64,000 nt of DNA from Octopus sinensis (GCF_006345805.1 NC_043021.1:22382001-22446000), one strand, 5' to 3'. Counted from the first letter of the stretch, positions 37,806 to 52,342 are shown. Made by a program: numbers and translations. The notes: generated from the sequence alone by a model not told the origin.

Positions 37806-38622
37806 TGTGTGTATATATATATATGCATACATATATTATATATATGTATATATATATATACATGTATATATACACACATGCATGTGTGTAGTTATGCATA
37901 CAACTTCGACACTGAGATAGATTTGTAGCCAAGTCTCACCTACTCGTTATAGCAAACGTAAATACGCTTGGTCCTTAATACAAGTAATCAGAATAGATTT
38001 ACATTTATTTAACTCCATTAATGTCCAACGATTTATCTGACACATTTAATTAAGTATAACAACCTCTGTCTTATTCTCACTCCTAACTACAAATTGAATT
38101 GGCCATTGCAAATTTTAAATTAATTTTACCGTTTCAAATATACTAAAACATGACGTACGTATAAGCTAGACTCGTAAATAGTTATCGATCGTTGACAGAT
38201 CCACTGAGAACTCTGTGTTCCCTTTTAAAGACTACTTGTTCCTTTCTTTGTTTTATATTCTACAGTTCACAACATCCACAAATTAAGACCGCGTTCATCT
38301 CTATACACTCTAACATATTTCCGATTCCACTTACTACGAATCATTTATAAACTTCTTCCTTCTGATGTATTTTCTCTTCTGTCTTCTTCTGTCGCCCATA
38401 TTTGAGATTCGTTCTTGAACCATTAAATTACTATTTCAGAAAATCTTTATTTCCTACTCCGTTACATTAGCACATCTGGAGCAGGGAAATAAGTTATAAT
38501 ACGTAAGATATTACTTCCAAACATATGTACACATTTCTATTTAGTATCATTTGATTGAGTTAAACTGGTTCATAAATGCGGTAAATTTGACCAATTGAAT
38601 AAGTAAACTCTATGGTTTTTTA

Positions 38623-38676
<54 letters not shown>

Positions 38677-39399
38677 AATATACACATATACATATACGTT
38701 TGGAGGGATATGTTATCCGAGCGATTACTGTATTGGCTCTGAGTTAAGTTTCAGTTAACGGCTAACCACTTCGATCACTATTTCATTTCTCTATTTGTTG
38801 CTAGTCCCTGAATTCTTCCCATGGGCCATTCTTCGAGAGACTTCAAGTGGATTGAACAACACAATAAATTATACAAGTATAGAAACAGGTTTATGCAACT
38901 GGGCCAGTAATACTGTATGCTATTTGGACTCAAGATGTTTAACCGTAAATCTGGTCTATATATGCAAAATTACTTCGTAGGGGAGAGTTTAATCTTATAT
39001 CGTGGCAGCTCTTTTTCTTTCAAGAAGCGAGTAAGTAATCATTTGAAAATCATTTATAAATAAATAATACAAGCCAAAGCAAACTAAGTCGGTCAATTAG
39101 AGACAAAAACAGTAGCTATTCTAATGAATGGGGAATAATTAGCACTGCTGAGGCTTATCGCGTGGAGAGAAAAATAGATGTGACTTGTGTATAGAGGAAC
39201 TATGCCAGATCATTTACCTAAACATCGCATTAATTAACACAAGGCACGAACAAGGACGAATACGTTTGCACAAATACAGTATGGATTTTATAAGTTATAA
39301 ATGTATTTGTGATAACGGATAAAATAACATAACCTAAATATGATCAAAATTTAATAACCCCCATTAATAATGGGTTATGAGGAAAATCATGAGAATCTC

Positions 39400-39700
39400 A
39401 ACCAAAAAATAATGAATATATGAACAAAATGTATCTCGTCACGACAGGTACTACACTCAAAATCAAAAAATAAAGCACATATAACATTAAAATGATCAAT
39501 GTGGCTTACGAGAACGATATTCAGATCCTTGAATATTGTATACCCAGTACAAACTTCGGACAGCGATTAAATTCCATTGGAGGTCAACAGCACATGCCTG
39601 TAATTAACAGCCTCCACCTCTCGTAGAATACAAACTAACAAGAATTTACTTCACTCAACTTCGAAGATGACCAAATGGATTGACCGTAATTAACTTACAC
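39400..39700 (+). mobile_element. Possible very decayed PLE 3' end
   Basis: Frame DIQILEYC..RL..MPVIN resembles a GIY-YIG tail; followed by CGAAGATGACCAA..CGTAAT, a degenerate hammerhead-like signature. Confidence 0.28.
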
Positions 39701-39973
39701 CGATAACACTGGAATGTTGCATCGGTAACCGTTACTAGTCAGTACAGTGGAAACACGTGTAGTTCATTATAATATGCTGTATATATATATGTATATATAT
39801 AAAATAAATTTTGTTGATGAACAATCCTATATGCTCTTTATTATCAATAATTGCATATAAATAAATGAATATATATAAATACATTATATGCATACACATA
39901 TATATATATAATATGTACATGGGTGTGCGTGTATGTACACTCACACACACACATATATATATATACAAACATA

Positions 39974-40187
39974 TTGAAAATGTGACCGCGTGTGCACCGT
40001 TGGCGATGTTTTCCTGTCTTCTCTTCCTTGGATCTTTCCTTTTCCTACGTTTCTGACGAAGAGCTCCCTTCGAAACGTTAAGTCCTCCTTCTCTCTTTCC
40101 TTTCCTGAGCATCCAATAACACTGTACTTGTTCCACGTCCTCGCGTTGTTGTGTTTTCTCTTTGGGTTTTCATGTTTGGATTAACTT
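39974..40187 (+). mobile_element. Short PLE pLTR-like element with hammerhead motif and 14-bp flanking duplication
   Basis: Homologous to 27020-27214 and 45641-45842; TATATACAAACATA at 39960-39973 and 40188-40201. Confidence 0.75.
40047..40080 (+). ncRNA. Minimal hammerhead-ribozyme-like motif (canonical CUGACGA core)
   Basis: CTGACGA at 40053-40059, short stem II, GAAAC-GTT with palindromic AACGTT; stem II is partly mutated. Confidence 0.5.
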
Positions 40188-40280
40188 TATATACAAACAT
40201 AGTTTGTTTGGAGGGGTTTTACCCAAAGCGTGGTGATTCACACGCAGAAGGAAACACCCCCCCACACACACACACATATA

Positions 40281-40323
<43 letters not shown>

Positions 40324-41172
40324 AGTTCCTCCGAGCTTCTGAGCCCTTGATGATCACATCGACGTCCTTTAAAAAGTATAATTTGAAATGAAGACTGGAG
40401 AGTACACCATTTCTGACTTCATATGCAATGTCGATAAAGTTAAATACCAATTCAATAATGTTTACTAGCAAACTGTCTCTCTTAATCATTTGCGAAGATG
40501 ATCTCAACTTTTCTATGAAATGATATATGTGCGTTCTGCTGAAGTAGAAAATTTACATTAAGTGTTGCGCAAGAAATTTAGGGTGAATAGAGAAAAAGTA
40601 CAATTAAAATCCTAAAGTTTGTATAATAAAGAAAGACGCCGCACCTCATCGGTTTTATCATCAGTATTCAACACAGGACTGATCTACATACTTACAAATA
40701 CATAGCCATATTATACATTGAAGGGCCACAATCACTCTACTATAGGAATTCGATAAGCTACCACTAACATCTCAGAAATAGTGCAAAGCAGTTATCTACT
40801 TAAATATTCAGGTATTAATCTCGTTACACGCATTTCATTACTGTGATTAAGAGACGCTTACCCGGTTATACACATCTTTTGATTTCTCTATATCTACAGT
40901 TTCTACACCACTTATATACACATCCCTTTATCTCTGTACTACTCTATCATTCTCAATGTATTATTATCTCTGCCATCGAATTCGACATTACCTGTTATAC
41001 CCCAGCACCAAATGTCAGCAACAAAACTAATATCGTTTACGATAAGATTTTTGAAACTTTTCATATAATTTCATATCTTGCCATTTAGTTAACAGCCTTT
41101 TCTTGCATTGAGATAAACCATATTTATCTGCAAAGAAGCCCTGATCACAGTATACATGCATAGAAACATATA

Positions 41173-41368
41173 CGGGGGTGCGATGGAAAGCTCCTGACTT
41201 TAAGTAATCGCGGAAGACCTGGTTAGCGGCTCCAAGTTCTTTTTACAGAGCTTAGAAAAAAAAAGAAGAACCGCCACGAAAAGTCTGTGAAGGTACAAAA
41301 TGCTATACAAAATCATAATTGACTGCGTTTTTAAAATCCAAATCCAAGAACATTTCAGTACACCCTCG
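41173..41368 (+). mobile_element. Mariner-derived MITE
   Basis: Degenerate TIRs (19/29 by hand), TA at the left end; interior resembles a mariner C-terminus coding remnant. Confidence 0.6.
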
Positions 41369-41478
41369 AATATGCATATATATAAACATTTCTTAAACAA
41401 ACTGAAAAATCCAGTAGAGAAAAAATTGATTTGTTTTTTCTCAAACAAGAAAAAACCTCGACAAAGATCAAAAAGCTA

Positions 41479-41511
<33 letters not shown>

Positions 41512-41559
41512 CAAATACATATATACTTTTCATTAAAGCTTCAAACAGATCACAAAAAT

Positions 41560-41790
41560 AACATTAAAAACCTGCCGCTCAGAGATTCAAGGTCCTGTTC
41601 TTCGGACAGTTTTCATTGATTCTAAATCAAAAGTGTCTGACTAACGGGAACGTGAAACATTGAGTAGTATTTGTTTTGTGAAATCATTGTGATGTTTCTG
41701 CAGCTTTAATAATAAAGTACATTACTCTACATCCGGTATTCGAGTACTATTGTTTCCCACCTTGTTTCACATTTTTGTACTTAATCTCGT
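41560..41790 (+). mobile_element. Foldback element, family D (PLE inverted-pLTR-like) with hammerhead-like motif
   Basis: Imperfect inverted arms; CTGACTA-ACG(GGAA)CGT-GAAAC at 41637-41658; 3' tail homologous to 45977-46062. Confidence 0.55.
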
Positions 41791-42421
41791 GTATATATAT
41801 ACGTATTAATACAGAGAGTGTACGCACAGGAGGGTATATAAGCAGGTAGTTACGTAAATATGTATGGTCAATATGCAAATAGACAGAAACACATTGAATT
41901 TCATATGTGTGACATTAATTATTACCAAGACTACTCTTATGTTTCGGTTTATAGGAAACCAAATTCTTAAAGATGTTGGTGATGTGTTTATAATGAATAT
42001 TCCTCAATTCCTTCTCAGGAATCACTAGTAGCATTAGCTTGTTAATAACACAGTTGAATGCAATAAAGTTACTGCAATTTTCCATTTGATTGATGAGTGA
42101 GAAATCGCGATCGTTTGAAACCCCGAGGAGTCACACATGAATATATTGATTTTCAGCTCTGAATATTCTAGCTTTGCTCTGAGAACCTCCCATCAGTTCG
42201 GAACTTGCAATATGTATGGCTGTTTTTCATTGTTATCCTCTTTATAACATAACACCAAGGTACAAAACAGATAAAAGGCTCGTTGCTAAGCGACGGCCAA
42301 CTGAACTTGTAAATTCTTATTCATTAAACAGTGACTAGATAGCTTTATTGCTCTCGAATCAAGCATTCGCTGTTTCTTTTTGTTTTTCTCTTACATATTC
42401 CATATATATATATAGATATAT

Positions 42422-42462
<41 letters not shown>

Positions 42463-43607
42463 TAATATATATATATATATGTTTTTCTATTTATTCACAC
42501 GTATATATAACATATACATATATTGATTTATATAAACGTAAGTATATATGTATATGTATATATTATATATATATGAATATTGTATATATATATATACATA
42601 TATGAATATTGTATATATATATATATATATGAATATACATATATAGATGAAAAAAAAATATATATGAATATATGTATATATATATATACATACGTTTATA
42701 TAAATAAGGTATGTATATGTTTATATATATAGCTATATATATGTGTGTCTGTGTGCGTGTGTGTGAATGTGTGCACGTATGGGTGTATGGATTTATGCAT
42801 GTATGTAAATATTAAACGAATCTTCATGCATTCGAACTGGTGGCCCCTATCGGATAGTTAACGAGTCGGTGGTTTATGTCGGTAGTCCACGTTATACAAG
42901 TATTTTTTTTCTTCTGCTTGGCGCCATGAAATTATTGAATGCAAACAGAGAGGACAAAGATATTCGCACCACTGTCTCTATTGGAAGCATATTATGCGAT
43001 GAAGAGAGACATATTCTTCAAAGAGACCCCGACATATTATATAACAGAATACTATAAACAAGCTTCGATTAAAAGGAATAAAGAGCAATAGAAATATACT
43101 ATAAATTACAGATTGGGTTTTCATGTATCGTGAATAACCGGGAGAAGAATGCGATGTAATATGATGTAGGGCGTAGGTCACTTCACTGTTTTTCCTTGTA
43201 ATCTTTTGGCGACAGATATAATTGCATAGTGTATGGAGATGATGAAATATTCATAGCTACAATTATTGTTGATGCACTTGATTTTTAAAATTTTAAGGTG
43301 GCCGGGTTCACATTAATAACACTCATAATACAAATATGAAATAATATAACCTCTCTACGTCATTCAATATGGCGCTTGAAGATATATTGGCGTTGAACAC
43401 ACCAACTTAAATACCACTTCATGGACTAAATCATCGATCATCGTATTGTGTGCAATCGGGGTTTCATTGACACAGAGGGCATATTTAGGTATTGGTATTC
43501 GTAAAAGATAGCATGAATTCATATTTAAATAAGCCTACCGACAAGTGATTATTTTTAATCCAGATCAAAATGAAATGTTACACACACACACTCACACACA
43601 CACACAC

Positions 43608-43641
<34 letters not shown>

Positions 43642-43750
43642 TACATATATATATTACATATATATAATTATTATATATATTATATACACATATATATATA
43701 TATATACATATATATATACCCATATATATATATATACATATATACACATA

Positions 43751-43808
<58 letters not shown>

Positions 43809-44174
43809 CTAGCTAGTATCCCGGCGTTGCTCGGGTTTGTAAGGGAAATAACTATAAAGCATTTTTAGAGAGTTATAGCCAAAAAAATGGAAAAAAATGA
43901 TGGTAATTTTTTTTTAGTTAAAAAGGTCGAGTTGCGTCCCCTAGACAGTCTGTAGTTTGTGTTTCTGATTCTCTACCCATGTCGAATTTATCGATTATTT
44001 TCAGAACTGGGGGAACTTTTCAAATTTCCGCTGTGTTAGTTTTGAATTATGACATTGGGCTATGTGAGTGTCAAGTTTTCATCAGAATCGGTTGAAAGCC
44101 GTGGTCAGGGTGAGGGTACAAGAAACATACACACAGAACACACACAGACAAACTGCCGTTTATATATAGAGAGA
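43809..44174 (-). mobile_element. Non-autonomous Helitron
   Basis: Minus strand begins A|TC, ends with hairpin CCCGAGCAACGCCGGG then CTAG|T; no TSD; inserted in (TA)n. Confidence 0.85.
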
Positions 44175-44186
44175 TATATATACATA

Positions 44187-44507
<321 letters not shown>

Positions 44508-44533
44508 ATATATATATATATATATATACTATA

Positions 44534-44604
<71 letters not shown>

Positions 44605-44657
44605 ATATTATATATATATATATATATTATAATATAATATATATATATATATATAAA

Positions 44658-44757
44658 AAACACATGAGGAATCCAACACGTACGATCAGCACGCTAGAAA
44701 GAACCTAGCTGCTCTTTCTAGCGTGTTGAATCCTAGGAGTGGATTCCTTATGTGTTT
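44658..44757. repeat. Imperfect foldback (~47-bp arms)
   Basis: AAACACATGAGGAATCCA..CACGCTAGAAAGA pairs with TCTTTCTAGCGTG..TGGATTCCTTATGTGTTT. Confidence 0.8.
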
Positions 44758-44759
44758 AA

Positions 44760-45560
44760 ATGCAACCTGTATTTTACGACTAATACATAGTCTTCGGACT
44801 AAAGTTTTACACGTTAGGCCACTGGAAATGAACATTTTAGTTCATTTCCATTTCCCTTTGATATGATTATATATATATATATTTAAAGATTTAAGGATTG
44901 TCTTTAAGATAATGTAAGGTGTATATGTGTATGGTGTCTAAGAATTGTGTTAGGGGCAGCTGAGAAGATTAGAGAGACGATGAGGCGTTAGAGGAAGATA
45001 AGGTGAAAGCATAGAGCAAAATGTAAGGGATTTAAAGTGAGTAGTAGTGAATGCTTGTGTCCGTTCTGGCTAAGGTCAGTGGCTGTAGAGTTAGTTTTAG
45101 CAATGGGGTTATGAATGTGTACGTAGTAGAGAATGGAGGAGCTAGTTAAATGTTAAATTATTTATGAATGGAAGTTAGGATTACATGGGATTTATATTCA
45201 AGGGATTTATTGGGTTAAGGTATATAAATTAATTAAGAATAAATTAAAGAATTAATATTTATCGCATAGAGTGATGAGTCAAGATAGATTGAAGAGGTGT
45301 AAGATATACGGTAGAAATAAAAGCTATAGAAACATTGGAGATATAGAGGGGTATACGTTAAAAATCGTAGGGTTTTCTGTGTGAGACTATTCTTGCGGTG
45401 GCGGTGAACTTACATTTATATTTATGAAGAATTTAAAAGTTCAGAAGAATATGTGCTTACACATAGCGAAGGAAGAGTTGTATTTATTAAGCAATCATGA
45501 TGAGTTGCGGGTTAAAATTTTGAGGCCTCTTTTAAGCAGAGTCCACAACTGGCCTATATA
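44760..45560 (-). mobile_element. Probable decayed PLE 3' portion
   Basis: Minus frame WTLLKRG..KYNSSFAMCK..NPTIFN weakly resembles a PLE GIY-YIG tail; CT-rich trailer; degenerate CCGAAGA-CTA..TAG-TCGTAAA near 44772-44797. Confidence 0.33.
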
Positions 45561-45570
45561 TATATATATA

Positions 45571-45618
<48 letters not shown>

Positions 45619-45640
45619 AATATAAATATATATATATATA

Positions 45641-45842
45641 GTTAATCCAAACAAGAAAGCACAGAAAAACACAACAACGTGAGTACGTGGAACAAATATA
45701 TGTATTATTAGACGACAGGAAGGAAGGAAAGAAGGAGGGTCTAATGTTTCGAGCGGAGCTCTTCGTCGGAAACATAGAAGGAAAGATCCAGAGAATGGAA
45801 GACAGAGGAAAAAAAATCGCGAACGGTACACACGCGGTCATG
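45641..45842 (-). mobile_element. Short PLE pLTR-like element with hammerhead-like motif
   Basis: Reverse-complement homolog of 39981-40187; CCGACGAAGAGCTCCGCTCGAAAC at 45746-45769; (TA)n on both sides. Confidence 0.75.
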
Positions 45843-45883
45843 TATATATATATAATATATATATATAATATACTATATATACT

Positions 45884-46062
45884 TTATTTAAAGCAGCAGA
45901 AAATTCAACAAAACCTGTTACTCTGAGTTTCCCGGGAACTCAGAGTGATAGGTTTTGTTGAATTTTTGGTGCTTTAAATAAAGCATATTACTCTAACCCT
46001 GGTATTTGAGTACTCGTTTTTTGTTTCCACTTTGTTTCACATTTATGTGTTTACTCCGGTAT
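45884..46062 (+). mobile_element. Foldback element, family D (centre deleted)
   Basis: ~50-bp arms TTTATTTAAAGCAGCAGAAAATTCAACAAAACCTGTTACTCTGAGTT and its reverse complement; tail matches 41705-41790. Confidence 0.65.
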
Positions 46063-46758
46063 ATATATATATAATTATATATATATACATATATATATAT
46101 AATATATATATACGTATTTATATATGGACGCATACACACACATCTATGTATATGTATGTATGTATATATATGTATAAATGCGCGTGTGTCTTTCTATGTG
46201 TGTGTATGCATGGGTGCATGTACGTGCAATTTTACACACTAATATATCATACAATCCTAACTGTGATATGAATCTACAATTAAGAGTGCCACTTGGTTTA
46301 GAATGTTAACTGCAATCTTGAACTTACCGTGTAACGATGCTAAACTAAATATGAAAAGGGAACTATAAAAATAATAACAAAATATACATAAAACTGCAAG
46401 ATAAAAAAATATAAACAACAAATATTTGTTGCGGCGTTTTCCGAAAGTACTTCAGTGTCGAAAACGGCATTACACCATCGTATTCCTTCAACTTGCCATC
46501 TCTAATAGTATAGAAGAAACAGAAGAAAAACGCTGAAAATTTTATTAACAAAATCGATATTTGTAACCGTACATAGTCTTATGTATCACTTTGATAATCC
46601 CAAAATGTTTTCATAGTAATATCTGCATTTACACACAATCGTAGATACACACACACACAGAGCTACACGTGTTGAAGTAGTTTCAGTAGTATCTATTCAT
46701 ATGTATTCAATATATGCTTCTCGTTAACTGCTTTCTCTCCTCTCTCTCCTTTTCTCTC

Positions 46759-46798
46759 ATTCTATCTATCTATCTATCTATCTATATATGTATCTATG

Positions 46799-46880
<82 letters not shown>

Positions 46881-46948
46881 CCTATCTATCTATCTATATG
46901 TATGTCTGTCCCTCCCTCTGTCTCTCTCTCTATCTATCTATCTGTCTA

Positions 46949-46985
<37 letters not shown>

Positions 46986-47050
46986 ATGTATGTCTGTCTA
47001 TCTATCTGTCTGTCTGTCTATCTATTTGTCTGTCTGTCTATCTGTCTGTA

Positions 47051-47084
<34 letters not shown>

Positions 47085-47095
47085 TCTATCTATAT
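46759..47095. repeat. (TCTA)n/(TCTG)n compound microsatellite
   Basis: Read directly. Confidence 0.95.
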
Positions 47096-47159
47096 ATATA
47101 TATTAAAATATACACATACATACACTAAATAGCTATATTTATAATTACACACACACACA

Positions 47160-47194
<35 letters not shown>

Positions 47195-48363
47195 CTTACA
47201 TACACTAAATAACTATATTTATAATTACATAAATATATATATTTACATGTACATTCACTAAATATCTATATTTATAATTGCATATATATATATATACATA
47301 TACACGCATATGTGTATACACACACATATACACACATATATACACCTCTTCCATGTACGCGGTTATCCAGTATCCTGAAAGCGAAGTGTGCGTAAATTTA
47401 CACACAGAGTTACCTTCAGCATATAAATTTATAAAAGGCAATCTATGTAGAATTTTTAAAAAATATTCTTTTATATAGAATCGAGATGAAATTTAGAAAA
47501 TAATTCAAATATATTCATTCTATGTGAAAAATCAAATACATAAATAAATTTATTCAGTAGGGTCCTATGTCAATTTTATGATATGAATAAATATTTCGAC
47601 TATGAAATATTTAATAAAGCAAATTGTCCTTTGATTCTGAGCGTCGAATTTCCATGTATATAGATTTTTCATAGCGGAAAATTGTCCATGAGATTTACAG
47701 GACAGATATATACTCTCTTTTGTATTTCAGCAGTGTAAAATCAGTAGCGTTGCCAAAAACAAAATTAAGTAAGGCTTTTTTAACTACATATCCATCGATT
47801 TTTGATGAAGGTGTGATAGATGATATATAATTTCATAAGGACTATTTATATTAGAACAGTGATCATCTTTAGATGTAACAGAAATTAACAGATATATACG
47901 CATGTATATATGTATATATGGTCCAAATCAAATTTTGGGAAGGAAACAGGAGAATGTGCGGTAGGGATGTTCTTTTAACTAACCGAAGCCCATGATGCGA
48001 ATTGTTATACAATGAGATCTACACAACATGTCTATTCATCAAGTTCCGATTACATTAATGAAATTTAATTTGGCTCCGTGGAATTTTAGTCAGGCGTAAA
48101 TAATGTTGAATGGAGAGGGGTGGTCAAAAATGACAAAACAAGCAAAATATATGTGGAATGTAATGAAACCACTGAGCGGAGGGGCAAATAGAGACATCCC
48201 AAATTTCTCCATGACTTTGTAAGATTAACTCGCTATGCGAATTAATTATAATGTTTATCTTTTCGTATGATAACTAGTTATTCTGCTTCCGCTGAACCAG
48301 CCGCTTATTGCTTGCAGGGTTACAAACATTTCACACTAGTATCCACTAGTATCCACGGAAAGC

Positions 48364-48473
<110 letters not shown>

Positions 48474-48997
48474 TATTATATTAAGTGTGTGTTTATGTAT
48501 ATATATATATATATATAATATATATAATAATACAGCTATTCTATTTATTTCCCTCTTTGTCTCTGTATATATATGTGTGTTTGTGTGTGTGTGTATGCAC
48601 TTTTATTATGCAGATATTAGAAATTATGTATTGATTCATGTATCCTCATGCATGCATATGTACACACATTATCAAACATGTTTTCCATATAAATTCTATA
48701 TTATCTTTCTTAATTTTCATTCTGCCACCATCTCTTTTTCTCTCTCTCCGTCTCTCTGCATTTTACGACTTTTTTTTTCTCATCTCATGGGACAAATGTC
48801 GACGCTTTCTGCTGGGGGCGTTATAAAACCGACATTATTCACAAGACAGCTGAAAGCCCTCACAAAATTTTGTACCAAAAAATAGAAAAGGACAAATAAC
48901 TATATTGATCATATATGGCAACAAATGGATTATTAAATTGAAAAGAAACTTAGAGCAATACATAAGCATATGTTGAATATAAATCACCTGAAAATAT

Positions 48998-49000
48998 CAA

Positions 49001-49044
<44 letters not shown>

Positions 49045-49122
49045 TTACCACTACTACTACTGCTGCTGCTGCTGCAACTGTTGCTGCTGCTACTACTACT
49101 ACTACTACTACTACTACTGCTG

Positions 49123-49153
<31 letters not shown>

Positions 49154-49203
49154 AACTACTACTACTACTACTATTAATAATAATAATAATAATAATAATA
49201 ATT
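48998..49203. repeat. (CTA)n/(CTG)n/(AAT)n microsatellite
   Basis: Read directly; forms the tail side of the adjacent SINE fragment. Confidence 0.95.
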
Positions 49204-49204
49204 G

Positions 49205-49335
49205 TAATTTCTACAAAAAGAACAAGGTCACAAATTTTTGGGGAGGTGTTAAGTCGATTACATTGACCCCTGTGTTTCACTGGTACATTATCAATTCCGA
49301 AAAAATGAAGGCAAAATCGACTCCGTCGGAAATTA
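49205..49335 (-). mobile_element. SINE family C 3' fragment (short-tail type)
   Basis: Reverse complement aatttccgacggagtcgattttgccttc..gtaatcgacttaacacctccccaaaaatttgtgacc. Confidence 0.6.
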
Positions 49336-49343
49336 TTATTATC

Positions 49344-49376
<33 letters not shown>

Positions 49377-49865
49377 TTCATTTTCGATTTTGATTTGCAA
49401 GATTCTTTATGTGAATTTGTGTGTTGAAGCATATTTTATTGTATCTGGGAAGAGGCAGTCTCTTTTAGTGCCTTACAAATTTAACACAGACACCAGCTTC
49501 CACTCACTTATTTACTTTTACTAAAATTTTCGTTGCAACCTTTTCAATAGTCATTGACTCAGTATCCTATCGAAATTGCATTATTTTCCGTGTCTACGTA
49601 TACGTGTTCTTCAGTGTACATGTGTGCATGTATGTGTCTATGCATATATACATGTTTGTATGCATATACATAGCTATGAATGTGTGCACGTTTTTACGTA
49701 TGTATGTAGAGTTCATATTTGTGTGCATGTATGTATGTACGCTGCATGTTTGTGAGTAAGCATATATACATGTATGCATGAATGCACGTTTTTTTATGTA
49801 TGTATGTATTCTGCATAGTTTGTGTGTTCATGCTTGTGTGTTTCTGTGTGTGTACTTCTGTCTGT

Positions 49866-50249
49866 GGAGGCGCAATGGCCCAGTGGTTAGGGCAGCGGAC
49901 TCTGGGTCATAGGATCGCGGTTTCGATTCCCAGACCGGGCGTTGTGAGTGTTTATTGAGCGAAAACACCTAAAAGCTCCACGAGGCTCCGGCAGGGGATG
50001 GTGGTGATCCCTGCTGTACTCTTTCACCACAACTTTCTCTCACTCTTACTTCCTGTTTATGTTGTACCTGTATTTCGAAGGGCCGGCCTTGTCACTCTCT
50101 GTGTCACGCTGAATATCCACGAGAACTACGTTAAGGGTACACGTGTCTGTGGAGTGCTCAGCCACTTACACGTTAATTTCACAAGCAGGCTGTTCCGTTG
50201 ATTCGGATCAACCGGAACCCTCGTCGTCGTAACCGACGGAGTGCTTCCA
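49866..50249 (+). mobile_element. SINE family A, full length
   Basis: Best-preserved copy; A box TGGCCCAGTGG, B box GGTTTCGATTCC. Confidence 0.9.
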
Positions 50250-50718
50250 AGACTTCTGTCTCCATGTGGGTCCACGTTTGAGCGTGTCTGTGTATGGGTT
50301 TGCGTCACTATGTATGTGCATCTGTCATGTTTTCCATGTGTATCTCAATATGTGTGAAGTGTCCGTTTGTGAATATGGTCCCTCGCTTTTCAAAAATCTT
50401 AGTGTTTCAGTTTAGCCTTGTTCAAAGTTGTCTTAAATCTATGGGCTACACATATTGGGCGTGAGGGACGTAAAATTATTTATAAATAATAGGATGGCTT
50501 CGAGCGTGTTTGTGGACCGATGTGAGAATTTGATGTTGCTCAAAGGACTAGGAAAGCAGAATTATGCGGAAGGATAAACCTGTATATGCTGTCAGGCCCC
50601 GCTACTTTGATTGGAGAATAGAACCTTTCTCACCTCTTTCAGCTCGCAAATCGAATGGAAAGTCTGGTGTGTATCTTGTTTTGCTTAATCCGTCATAAGG
50701 AATGAGGAATATGCGTGG

Positions 50719-50750
<32 letters not shown>

Positions 50751-50880
50751 ATTAGAAATGGGGAAAGCTTGTTTACGGGTTTCCTCATTTTAAATATAGA
50801 CTGCTCTACATGTTAGAGTGTGCTTCTACTTTCGGATTCATGTTTTCTCTACAAACGATATATATATATATGTATATATA

Positions 50881-50928
<48 letters not shown>

Positions 50929-50956
50929 TATATATTACGTATACACATATGTATGC

Positions 50957-50996
<40 letters not shown>

Positions 50997-51428
50997 TAAT
51001 GAGATGTATAGATATATACATGTATAGATACACATATATGCATAAATTCATATTTACATGCATACATACTTGTACAGTGGACATATAGGAACTTATGTCT
51101 GTATGTGTAATTTTTATTATAAGATCTAAGAAGTTTACGCCACTTCTTGAAATACTTGTTTTTTTTTCGAGACCACTTAAATATATAACCATATATGTCC
51201 ATAAATATATCAGTATATGATTAGTAATTATTACATTGTGATTTAATTCACCAGTGGAATACCGATAAAAAACTACTATGTTCATTGTTTATATTAAATT
51301 GCAAGCTAGGGAGATATAAAATGTTTATTTATGTACATGCAGAAGACAAAAACTTGATATTTTCAACATAGTATGTATAACACGAATAAGGACATGAAGA
51401 GGCTATGTTTCTAGGACGTAATATAGGA

Positions 51429-51830
51429 TACTCTTTGACTCTTTTACTTGTTTCTGTCATGTGACTCTGGCCATGCTGGAGCACCGCCTTTAGTCGATCA
51501 AACCGACCCCAGGACTTATTCTTTGTAAGCCTAGTACTTATTTTATCGGTAACTTTATTGCCGAACCGCTAAGTTACGGGGACGTAAACACACCAGCATC
51601 GGTTGTCAAGCGATGTTGGGGGGACAAACACAGACACACAAACACGCACATACATATATATACATATATATGACGGGCTTGTTCCAGTTTCCGTCTACCA
51701 ATTCCACTCAAAAGGCTTTGGTCGGCCCGAGGCTATAGTAGTAGACACTTACCCAAGGTGCCACGCAGTGGGACTGAACCCGGAACGATGTGGTTCGTAA
51801 GGAAGCTACTTACCACACAGCCACTCCTAC
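51429..51830 (-). mobile_element. SINE family B (CORE-like), full length
   Basis: Head, CORE-like segment, internal microsatellite, 3' body and (AAAAGAGT)n tail are all present. Confidence 0.9.
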
Positions 51831-52342
51831 TTTAATCCCGAGGAAAAATTGCACTTGACTAGATCTGAAAACGTGATAATTTGCTTAAGATGCTAGAAGG
51901 AAAAGTATATAAAAGCTAATACCACACTCAAGAGCGTTTCTATCACCAATGCAAATATGGCCGTATTTCATATTATTTTATTTTGTTTAGTGTCAATTTA
52001 AAAATATATTTCTATATGTCAAACAGCGGTATATCCATTATATTCTAAATAACGTACACTTCTGAAATAGGCTAGAAAATTCTTAATATATAGCGGTGGA
52101 ATTGACTGCATGCATTCACAAGTTCTATTTCTTTTTTCCAACAGAGTAAATTTCTGCAGCAAATTGTAATATATCCCTAAAGAATCTCAATCACAGCAAG
52201 TGGCCATCTTAATGCAAGAGAGCGCATGTTCTATAACATAGCAATCTATTGCAAATACTATTACCGTCGTACCTCCGGAGGTATTTAGTGAAGTGAGAGA
52301 ACTGATAAGTCACATTTCGCAATGTAAGAATTTATTTATGTA

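Noticed and set aside
46430-46470. Small hairpin with CTGAAG..GAAA on the minus strand
   Set aside because: Core incomplete and no stem II; not called as a ribozyme.
49866-49940. tRNA gene
   Set aside because: The tRNA-like heads continue into SINE bodies and lack a proper cloverleaf; no true tRNA or rRNA gene was found.
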